Source: an uncultured Candidatus Entotheonella sp. (GTDB taxonomy: Bacteria; Tectomicrobia; Entotheonellia; Entotheonellales; Entotheonellaceae). Taken from it: a stretch of 64,000 nucleotides of DNA. Below, piece by piece: positions 30,373 to 39,504 of this stretch. Numbering within the stretch: the stretch's first letter is position 1; every line of letters starts with the position of its first letter. The notes beneath the pieces are model-generated. The model was not told where the DNA came from. It did not search any database and saw only the letters and a list, made by a program, of their open reading frames with translations. The DNA lies in contig CBDCDA010000001.1 of the NCBI GenBank assembly GCA_965215335.1, positions 1,792,001-1,856,000 of the forward strand. The letters are read 5' to 3'. The position numbers were made by a program, and so were the translations under genes.

Positions 30373-30453
30373 CGGGCGACGACGGGCCACGGATTGGTGT
30401 CCTATGCAGTTCCCCGCAGGTCGGATGAGCCGCAGGCGAAATCCGACATTCCT

Positions 30454-31062
30454 CTAATCCGGCTGCGAATCGCCGTCGAGGCAGTGCTGCCGCTCGGCGG
30501 CGGCGAAGGCTTGCAACTTGGGAAAGTAACCGTGAAAGTCCTCGACGAAGGCGGGGAGATGGCTGTCGAGGAGCGGTGCGAGCCTGGAGCCGAGGTGGGT
30601 GAGCCGCAAGCGGCTCAGGACGTGCCACAGAGCACGGTCGCGCACCACCGGGTCGGCGTGACGCGACAACAGGTCGGTGTCGATCATGCGCGCGACGAAC
30701 GGCCTGCCTTTGTCGGGCACATAGGCGTCGAAGCGGTGCAGGGCGGTGTAGACCTCGGCTGCGAAGCCGGCGAGGGCGACGCTGGCATAACGCGGCCATG
30801 TCAGCGCAAGGCAATGATCCGCCACGACGTCGAGCAACACCGGCGCGGCCCGTCGCAGTTCAGGGCCGAAGCGCGCGAGGCCGGGTTTCATGTCGGCGAG
30901 GCGGTTGGAAAACGCATCTATACGCCGGTGCAGGCGAACGCCGGCACGCAGCTCGGGCGGCAGCGACTCGGGTATTTTCCCCTTCACGAAATCGCCGAGC
31001 ACCCCGCCGGCGATCCAACCCTGGCCGGGCCAGGCCAACAGGCAATGGGCGAGAAAGTCCAT
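30454..31062 (-). CDS. acpH: ACP phosphodiesterase (AcpH/DUF479 family)
   Basis: MDFLAH.LL, G.LGDFVKG, GVRLHRRIDAF and DV..DH.LA..W. Confidence 0.88.
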   Translation of the reverse strand: MDFLAHCLLAWPGQGWIAGGVLGDFVKGKIPESLPPELRAGVRLHRRIDAFSNRLADMKPGLARFGPELRRAAPVLLDVVADHCLALTWPRYASVALAGFAAEVYTALHRFDAYVPDKGRPFVARMIDTDLLSRHADPVVRDRALWHVLSRLRLTHLGSRLAPLLDSHLPAFVEDFHGYFPKLQAFAAAERQHCLDGDSQPD

Positions 31063-31104
31063 GCGGTCAACGCCTGGGATTCAAGTCTTCATCGCCGGCA
31101 AGCC

Positions 31105-32214
31105 CTACAGCGCCGGTCGGCTGGAGGTGCCGTAGCCGGTGAGCTCCACGTAGCCCTTGCCCGCCGGCAGGCCGTCCTGCAGCAGTTTCACGGCCCCCTC
31201 CCAGTAATGCAACGTGCCGATCAGGCGGCTGCGGTTTTCCTGGTCGGGCATTTCGACGGCCACTTCCAGATCGATCTGTTCCTGCGGAATGGACAGGCGC
31301 CAGCGCGACGGGTAAACGCCTCCGGTGTGCGGGCTTTGCCAGCGATCCTGGCTGGTAACGGCGAAGGCGCTGCCGTCGAGGTGCGTGGTGCTGCCGTCCG
31401 GGTGCACGACCGTGCCGCTGGCGAAGTCGGTTTCGCCGTCCGCACGCCGCAGAAGGAAAAGCATGACCTCGCGACGGCCGTCGAGTTGCAGGCTGAACCA
31501 GTCCCAGCCGAGCTGGTGCGGCGCCAGGACGCTGGTGAAGAATTCCTTGTCCATCCAGCTTTCGCCGCCGACCTGCCACGTCTGGCCGTCGAGGCTCAGT
31601 TGGCCGCTGGTTTGCAGCCGGGTGAAGCTGTAGTAGAGGCTGGCGCCGGCGCCGGACTGCGATTTGCGGCTGTAGCCGTTGGGGCCTTGAAAGACGAGCG
31701 CCTTGCCGGGCCGCGTGGACAGCGAGAAGGACATGGCCTGCGCGTCGTCGCGCATCTCGCAATCGAAGCCGCTGCCGTTCCACGACAGACGCCACTTGCC
31801 GGGCGTGCCGGCCGGCCCCCGGCTCCAGGCGATCAGCGGCTCGGGCCAGACGCCGAAGCCGCCCAGCAATGGGATGGCGCGGTAGATCACTTCGCTGAAA
31901 CGGTGCTCGCCGCGGTCCAGGTCGCTGACCGCGGCGTGGCCCATGATCAGGTCGCGGGCCGTCCAGGCGGAATCCGTGTCCGGCGCCGTCGGCAGCACGC
32001 CGACGCGGAAGAAGGTGAACTGGTAGCCGAAGCGTCGCCCGTCTTCGGCCTGCAGGTGACCGGTGAAGTACCACCACTCCGTTTTGTAACCCGCGTGCGC
32101 CCAGTGGTCGCGGGGGAACGACCAGGCATAGTTCGGCTGCGCCGGTTTCCAGTCGTTGGCCGCCGTCGGATTCAAGGCGCCGAGCATCAGCAATACGATG
32201 AGCGTCCGTTTCAT
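31105..32214 (-). CDS. Secreted AttH/CrtC-like lipocalin-domain hydrolase
   Basis: Signal peptide; FPRDHWAH..YKTEWWYFTG, SLYYS, WMDKE, GWDWFSLQL, YWEG and GYVELTGY. Confidence 0.87.
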   Translation of the reverse strand: MKRTLIVLLMLGALNPTAANDWKPAQPNYAWSFPRDHWAHAGYKTEWWYFTGHLQAEDGRRFGYQFTFFRVGVLPTAPDTDSAWTARDLIMGHAAVSDLDRGEHRFSEVIYRAIPLLGGFGVWPEPLIAWSRGPAGTPGKWRLSWNGSGFDCEMRDDAQAMSFSLSTRPGKALVFQGPNGYSRKSQSGAGASLYYSFTRLQTSGQLSLDGQTWQVGGESWMDKEFFTSVLAPHQLGWDWFSLQLDGRREVMLFLLRRADGETDFASGTVVHPDGSTTHLDGSAFAVTSQDRWQSPHTGGVYPSRWRLSIPQEQIDLEVAVEMPDQENRSRLIGTLHYWEGAVKLLQDGLPAGKGYVELTGYGTSSRPAL

Positions 32215-32232
32215 CGTTCATCCTCCTTGCCG

Positions 32233-34764
32233 TTACAAATCGTCCCGGCTCAACGCCCCTGCGCGGGTCTGCCGGGCGCGAAACGCCGGATACAGACTCG
32301 CCAACACGGCGGCGCCGAGGATGGTTGCCGCCTGCCGAGCGATGAGGCCCCAGTCCACGTACGGCTGAATCGTCCAGCCAAAATAAGCGCGGTTGATGAC
32401 GTAAATCAGCAGCCCGGCCAGCAATACCCCGCCGATGCCGCCCAGCACGAGGCCCATGACGCCCATGCTCAGGCCCTTGCCCACGAAAACGCCGAAGAGT
32501 TGCCGTCCTCTGGCGCCGAGCGAGCGGCACAGCGCCAATTCCGAGACCTGCTCGCGCGCCAGCACCAGCAGCATGAGGGCGATGCCGCAGACGGCGATGA
32601 GCAGGCTCATGAATTGCAGCAGGCGCGTGATGGCAAACGTCTGGTCGAAGATGGCCAGCACCTCCGCGCGCAGGCGGCGGTTGCTCCGCACCTCGAGGGG
32701 CGCGCCCGGCAGCGCGGCCCGTAGCTCTGCCGTCACGACGGCTGCGTCGGTGCCGGGCCGTAGATACAGGGCGGTGCTGCTGACAGGACCCGGGCCAAAC
32801 GCCTGCTCCATGCCGTGCAGGTCCATGGCCACGGCGCCGTCACCGGCGCTGTAATCGTAATACACGGCGACGACAGGAAAATCCCGCACCCCGGTCGGCG
32901 TGTGAATAGACAGCGTATCGCCAACCCACAAACCGGCCTTCCGAGCAAGGGTCTCACCGATGAAAACGCCGCGGCGCTCGCGCACCGCATCGTACGGGTC
33001 CGGCAATGCGCCGGGCAGGAAGGGAAAACGGCCAAGTCCCTGCGCCAAGCCCATTTCGACGCCGGAAATGGTGATGCGCCGGTCGCCCGTATAGCCGTGA
33101 AAACGGCGCAGCCGGTCGCTGGCCTGCACCGCCGGGTGGCTCGTTACGACGGCTATGACGTGCGGCTCCAGGCCGCCGTCGCTCCCGGTACCGCGCCACG
33201 AAGCCGGGGCGATGTACACGTCCGCCTGAATCGAGGTGCCGATCCACACGCTGAGGGTCTGGCGGAAGCTGCCGATCATCAGGGTGATGCCCAGCAGCAT
33301 GCTGACCGCCACCGCCAACGACGCCACCGCCACCGAGGTCGTTTGCAGCCGCACGCCGAGCCCTTTCAGGCTGTAGCCGAGGCCGAAGCCCCGCACCCGA
33401 ACGCGGGCGCACAGTTCGCGCACCAGCAGCGGGGTGAGTAGCGGCAGGGTGAGCAGCAGCACCACGGCGAGCACGAAGCCGGCGTGCTGCCAGTGGCGGC
33501 CGTGCAGGCCGTACCAGGCGGCGGCCGCCAGCGGCAGGGCCACGCCGAAGCCGAACAGGCGCGGTGCCAGACTGCCGACCGTTTCGTGCAGCGTGAAGGC
33601 CGACAGCAGCGCCCGGGTATCACGGCGCGCCATGTCGAGGGCGGGTAGCAGCGCCCCGACTACGGCGCCCCCGACACCAATGACGATGCCGAGCGCATAC
33701 AGCCACGTCGTCATCTCCAGGCGGGCGATCTCTTCCAGCAGGTAGAGATTGCTGAGGGTGGCGCTGACCAGGCGCACGTTGGCCTGCGCCACGCCATAAC
33801 CCAGCGGCAGGCCGAGGGCGGCACCGAGGCTGCCGAGCAGGCCGACCTCGGTGATGATGAGCGCAAACACCTGGTGCCGCGTGGCGCCCAGCGAACGCAG
33901 CAGGCCGAATTCCTCGCGCCGCCGCACCAGGGCCGCCTGGGTGCTGCTGTACACGAGGAACACGCCGACGAACAGGCTGATGAGGCTGAGCGCGGTGAGA
34001 TTGAGCTGAAACGCCGACAGCAGGCCCTTGGCCTGCGTTTCCCGCTGTTCCGGCGTCACCACCCGCACGCCCGGGCCGAGATGCTCTTGCAGGCGCGCCT
34101 GCATGGCGGCGGAGTCGGCGCCGTCGGCGAGCTTGACGTCGATCTGATGGATGGCGCCGGCGTCGCCGAACAGGCTCTGTGCCTGGGCGATGTCCATGAC
34201 CGCCAGCCTGGGGCTGGCCAGCGGATTAAGGGCGTGAAAATCGACCAGCGCGCCGACCGTCAGACGCACCAGGCGGGAGCCCCATGACACCGTGAAGGCG
34301 TCGCCGATGCGCCAGCCCATGTGCGCGGCCAGGAGCGGCGTCAGGGCCACCCAGCCCGGCTGGCTGAGGGCCACCGCCGGGTCACCCGGCTCGCCCTGCC
34401 AGGGGATATCGACCGGGGTGAAAAAATCGACGCCGATGAGGTCGAGCACGCCGGCCTCGTTGCCGGACAAGGCCGCCGCGACGCGCCACAGCGGCCACGC
34501 GGCCTGTACGCCTGGCGTGGACAGGACGCGCGGGTAGAGGTCTTCGGAGAAACTCGGCGTGTAGCCGAGCACGCTGAGGTCGGCCTCGCCGCTGACTGCC
34601 TTGACGCTGCCCGCGAAGGCGGCGATGGCGTTGCGGTTGATGATCTGGATCGACAGTACCGCGGCGACGCCGAGGGCGACGCCCAGGATGGTGAGCAGGT
34701 CCACGCCGACCCTGCCGCCGGCTCGCAGGCGGGCCGCCATGGCGCTGACGAAATAGCGTCGCAT
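32233..34764 (-). CDS. FtsX-like (MacB-type) ABC permease with two repeats
   Basis: LGVALGVA, AFQLNLTALS..L.VG.FL, RR.E.GLLRSLGA, FDQTFAIT and INRAYFGWT. Confidence 0.88.
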   Translation of the reverse strand: MRRYFVSAMAARLRAGGRVGVDLLTILGVALGVAAVLSIQIINRNAIAAFAGSVKAVSGEADLSVLGYTPSFSEDLYPRVLSTPGVQAAWPLWRVAAALSGNEAGVLDLIGVDFFTPVDIPWQGEPGDPAVALSQPGWVALTPLLAAHMGWRIGDAFTVSWGSRLVRLTVGALVDFHALNPLASPRLAVMDIAQAQSLFGDAGAIHQIDVKLADGADSAAMQARLQEHLGPGVRVVTPEQRETQAKGLLSAFQLNLTALSLISLFVGVFLVYSSTQAALVRRREEFGLLRSLGATRHQVFALIITEVGLLGSLGAALGLPLGYGVAQANVRLVSATLSNLYLLEEIARLEMTTWLYALGIVIGVGGAVVGALLPALDMARRDTRALLSAFTLHETVGSLAPRLFGFGVALPLAAAAWYGLHGRHWQHAGFVLAVVLLLTLPLLTPLLVRELCARVRVRGFGLGYSLKGLGVRLQTTSVAVASLAVAVSMLLGITLMIGSFRQTLSVWIGTSIQADVYIAPASWRGTGSDGGLEPHVIAVVTSHPAVQASDRLRRFHGYTGDRRITISGVEMGLAQGLGRFPFLPGALPDPYDAVRERRGVFIGETLARKAGLWVGDTLSIHTPTGVRDFPVVAVYYDYSAGDGAVAMDLHGMEQAFGPGPVSSTALYLRPGTDAAVVTAELRAALPGAPLEVRSNRRLRAEVLAIFDQTFAITRLLQFMSLLIAVCGIALMLLVLAREQVSELALCRSLGARGRQLFGVFVGKGLSMGVMGLVLGGIGGVLLAGLLIYVINRAYFGWTIQPYVDWGLIARQAATILGAAVLASLYPAFRARQTRAGALSRDDL

Positions 34765-35502
34765 CAGGAGGGGTCGTGGGCCGCGGGCGCCTCGGCGTGT
34801 GGGCTCAGGACGCCGCTGTGCAGGCGCCAGACCTCGTCCGCCAGGCCGGACACCTCGCGGCTGTGGGTCACGAAGATGAGCGTGGCGCCTTCTTCGGCGA
34901 CGAGCGACAGCATCAATTCCATGACGCGCCAGCCGTTGTCGTCGTCGAGATTGCCGGTCGGCTCATCGGCGAGCAGCAGGTGGGGGCCGGCGCAGCAGGG
35001 CGCGGCAGATGGCGACGCGCTGCATCTCGCCGCCGGAGAGTTTTTGCACCCGCTCGTGGACGCGGTCGCTCAGGCCGACGCGATCGAGAAGCTGCGCCAC
35101 GCGGGGCTCGAACTGGCGTGGTTTGTCGCCGGCGATGAAGGCCGGCAGGGCGACGTTGTCGTGCACCGACAAGTGCGGCATGAGGTAGAAGAACTGAAAG
35201 ACGAGGCCGACGTGGTCGCGCCGCAGGGCGGTGCGGGCGGTTTCGGACAGGGCGGCCAGGGAGCGGCCCATCACCCGGACGCCGCCGCGGGTGGGCACGT
35301 CGATGCCGGCGGCGAGGTGCAGCAGGGTGGATTTGCCGCTGCCGCTGCGCCCCACGATGGCGATGCGGCGGCCCGCCGGCGCCGCGAATGACACGTCGTG
35401 CAGAACGTGCCGCTGCTCGCCGCCGGGGGCTGCGTAAGCCTTACTCACGGCGTCGAACGCGAGGACGGCTGTCGAGATGTCTGCCACGGGCTGGCTTTCC
35501 AT
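34764..35502 (-). pseudogene. ABC ATP-binding protein (LolD-like), interrupted by a +1 frameshift
   Basis: GRSGSGKS and LSGGEMQRVA are in frame. Walker B and H-loop (LLLADEPTGNLD...FVTH) continue in a shifted frame after the G5 run at 34982-34986 and end at TGA 34764-34766, overlapping the permease ATG. The span is 739 nt (3n+1). Confidence 0.85.
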
Positions 35503-35520
35503 GCGAGACGGGCGCTCGGG

Positions 35521-36576
35521 TCACGGGTAGCAGGCGTAGACAAGGTTCATCTGGTCGTGTGGGTCGGCCACCTCGACGCGGGCGAATCCCGCCTCGGCGA
35601 GCATGCGGCGGGCCAGTTGCTCGCCCCACACGGTGCCGAGCCCGGCGCCGCCGTGGGCCAGCGAGACGGTCATGCAGTGCATCACGCTGACCGCGTAGAG
35701 GGCGGGCGCAGCGGGCGCGCCGATGTTGTCGGCGAGATGACTGGAGGCTTTGATGTCGAGCATCAGAAACGCGCCGTCGGGAGCCAGGGCGGCGCGGATG
35801 CGGTTCAGCACGCCCTGGGGATCGACCTGGTCGTGGATGGCGTCAAACGCGGTAATCAGGTCGAACTTCGGCTCCGTCGGGAAGTGCCGCACGTCCTGCA
35901 CCTGGAAGCTGGCGTTGTTCAGGCCGTAGGTCTGGGCCTCGTGGCGGGCGCTGGCGATGGCGTCCTGGCCGATGTCGTAGCCGACGAACGTCGAGGCGGG
36001 GAAGGCTTGCGCCATCAGGTTGGCAGCGTGGCCGGTGCCGCAGCCGACGTCGCAGGCGCGCAGGCCGCGGCTGAGTCGCTCCGTGAGGCCGGGCACCGCT
36101 GGGAGGTAGTTGCTGAGCAAAAAGCGGTCGTGCCGGCGGCGGCTGCCGAGGTTCTGGAAGGTGGTGAAATCGGGCCGAAAAGCGGTATAGGGCACACCGC
36201 CGCCATGCTTGAAGGCTTCGGTAACGCCAGGCAGGTGCTTGGTGAACAGCACGGTACGGTGGGCGAAGGCAGTCACGTTGTCGATGCCGCTGAGCAGGCT
36301 GGCGTGTTCGGGCGGTAGGGTGTAGGCGAGAGTGTCGGCGTCGTATTCGAAGATGCCGCCGGTGACCATGGCCCCGAGCCACTCGCGCACGTAGCGTTCC
36401 TGCAGGCCGGCGCGTTCGGCGAGTTGCTGGCTGCTGGCCGGGCCCTGGGCGGCGGCGTCGAAAAGACCGAGGTCGTCGCCGATCTTCAGCATCAGGTTGA
36501 GCATGCCGCCGTTGTTGATGCCCGCCAGGGTATGCCGAAAGGTGCGTAGCTTCTGCTCATCGAGGTCCGCTGCCAT
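35521..36576 (-). CDS. Class I SAM methyltransferase with N-terminal wHTH (Rv2258c-like)
   Basis: IGD.LGLF, LAERAGLQERYVREWL, DVGCGTG, FDAIHD and SVMHCMTVSLA..G.GLG. Confidence 0.87.
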   Translation of the reverse strand: MAADLDEQKLRTFRHTLAGINNGGMLNLMLKIGDDLGLFDAAAQGPASSQQLAERAGLQERYVREWLGAMVTGGIFEYDADTLAYTLPPEHASLLSGIDNVTAFAHRTVLFTKHLPGVTEAFKHGGGVPYTAFRPDFTTFQNLGSRRRHDRFLLSNYLPAVPGLTERLSRGLRACDVGCGTGHAANLMAQAFPASTFVGYDIGQDAIASARHEAQTYGLNNASFQVQDVRHFPTEPKFDLITAFDAIHDQVDPQGVLNRIRAALAPDGAFLMLDIKASSHLADNIGAPAAPALYAVSVMHCMTVSLAHGGAGLGTVWGEQLARRMLAEAGFARVEVADPHDQMNLVYACYP

Positions 36577-36809
36577 TGCCTGTCTCCCTTTGGTTGTCGT
36601 GCCGTTCGGGTACGCCTGTCGAGAGGGCGAGTATCGACGATCAGCGGGCAGAAGACAAGACCAAGTCACGCTGGGAGGGTGGTACGGGCGGTGGACGGGA
36701 AGCGGCAAGTGCGGTAATAATGTCTCGCCGATTGGCGTACTGCGGAATGCCGGATGACACTGTGTAATCCGACCTGCTTTAATCCACCCAAAGAGACGGG
36801 AATCAAAAA

Positions 36810-37559
36810 ATGAGTGGGGGTTACGATATCGAGTTTTTCTGGGATCCGGTATGCCCCTTCGCGTGGATCACCTCGCGGTGGGTGGAGAAGGTGGCGACAC
36901 GGACGGGCTATCGGGTGGACTGGCGTTTCATCTCGCTGCGGCTGCTGAACAAACACAAGGACTACGCGACCGAGTTCCCGCCCGATTACGAGCACTTTCA
37001 CGGCGCCGGGCTGCGCATGCTGCGGGTTGCCGCCATGGTGCGGGCCGAGTTGGGCCGCGAGCACATGGGGCCGCTATATGCGGCGTATGGCCAAGCCTAC
37101 TGGGAGCAAGAAAAGGGCTCGGGCATGCGCCGGCGGTTGGGCACCGCAGCGCACGTCAGCGATACCCTGGCGGCCGCCGGGTTGCCCACGACGTTCGCCG
37201 CCGCGGCTGACGACACCGGCCGGGACGCGGAGCTGGAAGCCGAGACCGAGCTGGCGCTCAGCCGCACCGGACGCGACGTCGGCACCCCCGTTATCACCTT
37301 CGAGCCGCCCGACGGACCGTCGTTCTTCGGCCCGGTGATCTCGCGCGTGCCCAGCGATGCGGACGCCGTGACGCTGTGGAACGCGGTCATCACCCTGGCG
37401 CGGTTTCCCGGCTTTGCCGAACTCAAACGCAGTCTGCGCGAGGTGCCGCAACTGCGCCTGCTGGGCGCGCTCAGCAACACCCCGGAACAGGAGGACTGGC
37501 AGGGCGGCCGCCGCGCCGCCCTGCCGGACGTGCGGAACGAGGGGAAGGACAAGGAGTGA
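36810..37559 (+). CDS. DsbA-like thioredoxin-fold reductase (Rv2466c-like)
   Basis: FFWDPVCPFAWITSRW, DVGTP, FFGPVISR and F.ELKR. Confidence 0.85.
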   Translation: MSGGYDIEFFWDPVCPFAWITSRWVEKVATRTGYRVDWRFISLRLLNKHKDYATEFPPDYEHFHGAGLRMLRVAAMVRAELGREHMGPLYAAYGQAYWEQEKGSGMRRRLGTAAHVSDTLAAAGLPTTFAAAADDTGRDAELEAETELALSRTGRDVGTPVITFEPPDGPSFFGPVISRVPSDADAVTLWNAVITLARFPGFAELKRSLREVPQLRLLGALSNTPEQEDWQGGRRAALPDVRNEGKDKE

Positions 37560-37563
37560 CGCC

Positions 37564-38199
37564 ATGGCCGTGTCGACGAGCAACATGACGGTCGCGGAGC
37601 TGCTGGAACGCTTTGGTCCGATGCCCGCCGAGCGCATCCGTACGAACCCGCCGCCGGGCACCGCCACCGAGCAGGACGTGATTGACATCGAGAAGCGGGA
37701 GTCCCGCCTGTGCGAACTGGTGGACGGCGTTCTGGTGGAGAAGACGATAGGTTATTACGAATCGTATCTGGCCTTGCGATTGGGTCATTTTCTCGCCGGA
37801 TTCGTCGAACGGCATCGTCTGGGGGTCGTTGTCGGCGCCGATGGCATGATGCGTTTGGCAGCGGGTCTCGTCCGCATTCCTGACGTTTCGTTCGTCTCAT
37901 GGAACCAGCTTCCCGGGCACCGTGTTCCACGAGTGCCGATTGCCGATTTGGCGCCGGATTTGGCAGTAGAGGTGATCAGTCCGAGTAACACCAGCCGCGA
38001 AATGGAGCGGAAGCTCCAGGATTTCCTGGCCGCCGGCGTGCGGCTGGTGTGGTACGTGCTGCCGGAGCCGCAGGAAATCCACGTGTACACGGCTGGCCGG
38101 CACGACGTTTTGACGATTGGCCAGGAGCTTTCCGGCGGCGACGTGCTGCCGGGATTTGTGCTGCCGCTGTGGCGGCTGTTTGAAGAATCGGAGGCGTAG
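37564..38199 (+). CDS. Uma2 family (DUF820) endonuclease-like protein
   Basis: ELVDGVLVEK, R.PDVSF, APDLAVEVISPSN, GVRLVW and VLPGF.L. Confidence 0.9.
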   Translation: MAVSTSNMTVAELLERFGPMPAERIRTNPPPGTATEQDVIDIEKRESRLCELVDGVLVEKTIGYYESYLALRLGHFLAGFVERHRLGVVVGADGMMRLAAGLVRIPDVSFVSWNQLPGHRVPRVPIADLAPDLAVEVISPSNTSREMERKLQDFLAAGVRLVWYVLPEPQEIHVYTAGRHDVLTIGQELSGGDVLPGFVLPLWRLFEESEA

Positions 38200-38202
38200 G
38201 CG

Positions 38203-39057
38203 ATGCAGGCTGGAACGTTGGGTGTCTGGTACGGTGCCGACAAGCTGGAACCGGCGCAGTGGATCGACTTCGTAACGACGGTGGAGCGGCTGGGCTACGA
38301 TACGCAGTGGTATTCCGAGGCGATGGGGTTCGAATCCATGGCGTTCGGGAGCTTTCTGCTGGCCCATACGCAGCGGCTGAAAATCGGCAGCTCGATTGCC
38401 AACATCTATGCCCGCGACGCCGTGGCCTCGCGCAACGGGCTGAAAACGCTGGGACGCATCTCGAACGACCGCTACGTGCTGGGTCTGGGGGTCTCGCACG
38501 TGCCGCTGGTGGAGCACTTTCGCGGCCACACATATGGCAAGCCGGTGGCCGCCATGCGCCACTACCTCGAACAGATGCGCGCCGAGCAGCCCGACGCCGA
38601 TACGTGGCCGGTGGTCATCGCGGCGCTGGGACCGCGCATGCTGGAGCTGGCTGCCGAACTGACCCAGGGCGCCATTCCCTACAACGTAACGCCCGAGCAT
38701 ACCGCACAGGCGCGCGCGGTTCTCGGCCCCGACAAATGGCTGGCGGTGGAACAGAAATTCTGCCTGGAGAGCGATCCCGACAAGGCGTTGGAACTGGCAC
38801 GTGCGGAACTGTCGCGCTACATGGTGCTGCCCAACTACGCCAACAACTGGCGGCGCCTCGGCTTCAGCGCAGACATCCAGGACGGTGGTAACGCCCGCTT
38901 CCTGAACGCCATGGTCGTGTGGGGCGACGAGGCTGCCGTCCGCGCCCGCGTCCGGGAGCACTTCGACGCCGGCGCCACGCAAGTCTGCCTCCAACCCGTC
39001 CATCCCCAGGGCGACCTTGCCAGCGCCAAGGCGATGCTCACCGCACTGGCGCCGTAG
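38203..39057 (+). CDS. Luciferase-like (LLM) F420-dependent oxidoreductase
   Basis: ERLGY...W, SSIANIYARD, LGLGVSH.P.V, AALGPRML.LA and HFDAGA..V. Confidence 0.87.
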   Translation: MQAGTLGVWYGADKLEPAQWIDFVTTVERLGYDTQWYSEAMGFESMAFGSFLLAHTQRLKIGSSIANIYARDAVASRNGLKTLGRISNDRYVLGLGVSHVPLVEHFRGHTYGKPVAAMRHYLEQMRAEQPDADTWPVVIAALGPRMLELAAELTQGAIPYNVTPEHTAQARAVLGPDKWLAVEQKFCLESDPDKALELARAELSRYMVLPNYANNWRRLGFSADIQDGGNARFLNAMVVWGDEAAVRARVREHFDAGATQVCLQPVHPQGDLASAKAMLTALAP

Positions 39058-39061
39058 ATCC

Positions 39062-39373
39062 CTACCCGATACGTTTGAAAATGCTGTGTGAGCGGTTGGT
39101 CGTGTGTGGCCGGATTTTCGTCGGCCACTCGCCCTTCTCCGACTCGGTCAGCCAGGCGTCGCTGCTCGGCGTCTCCGGCGAGTCGATGTGATAAACGGCG
39201 GCATACCTGGCCATGCCCTCGGCATTGCTGGCCTCCAGCCGATAGCGGTCGCAGCCGTGCACCCCCGGCGCCTTCAGGATGTTGGGCACATGCTCCGTGT
39301 CGTACACCCGGTTGAATTCAGCCTCCATCTCCGCCGGAATATCCATCTGCACGAGATAAACGTAATCCGCCAT
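39062..39373 (-). CDS. Small dimeric alpha/beta-barrel protein (EthD/DUF4286-like)
   Basis: GGAGG RBS; E.EFN..YD.EH.P.....PG motif. Confidence 0.7.
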   Translation of the reverse strand: MADYVYLVQMDIPAEMEAEFNRVYDTEHVPNILKAPGVHGCDRYRLEASNAEGMARYAAVYHIDSPETPSSDAWLTESEKGEWPTKIRPHTTNRSHSIFKRIG

Positions 39374-39504
39374 AGCGCCTCCGTGACCTTTCTGGCAGGT
39401 TGATTTGCTGGGAGTTACGGGCACTTCCTTGAGCACAGCCGAGCTTGGCGCGCCAAGGCCGACATGGTAACACCCATCTGGTACAGCAACAACAGCTTGA
39501 GCAA

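Noticed and set aside
30394..32724. 776-aa plus-strand ORF, and similar long shadows at 3298-4911, 26909-28936, 54928-56721, 56672-58186 and 62258-63745
   Set aside because: Antisense to well-supported genes.
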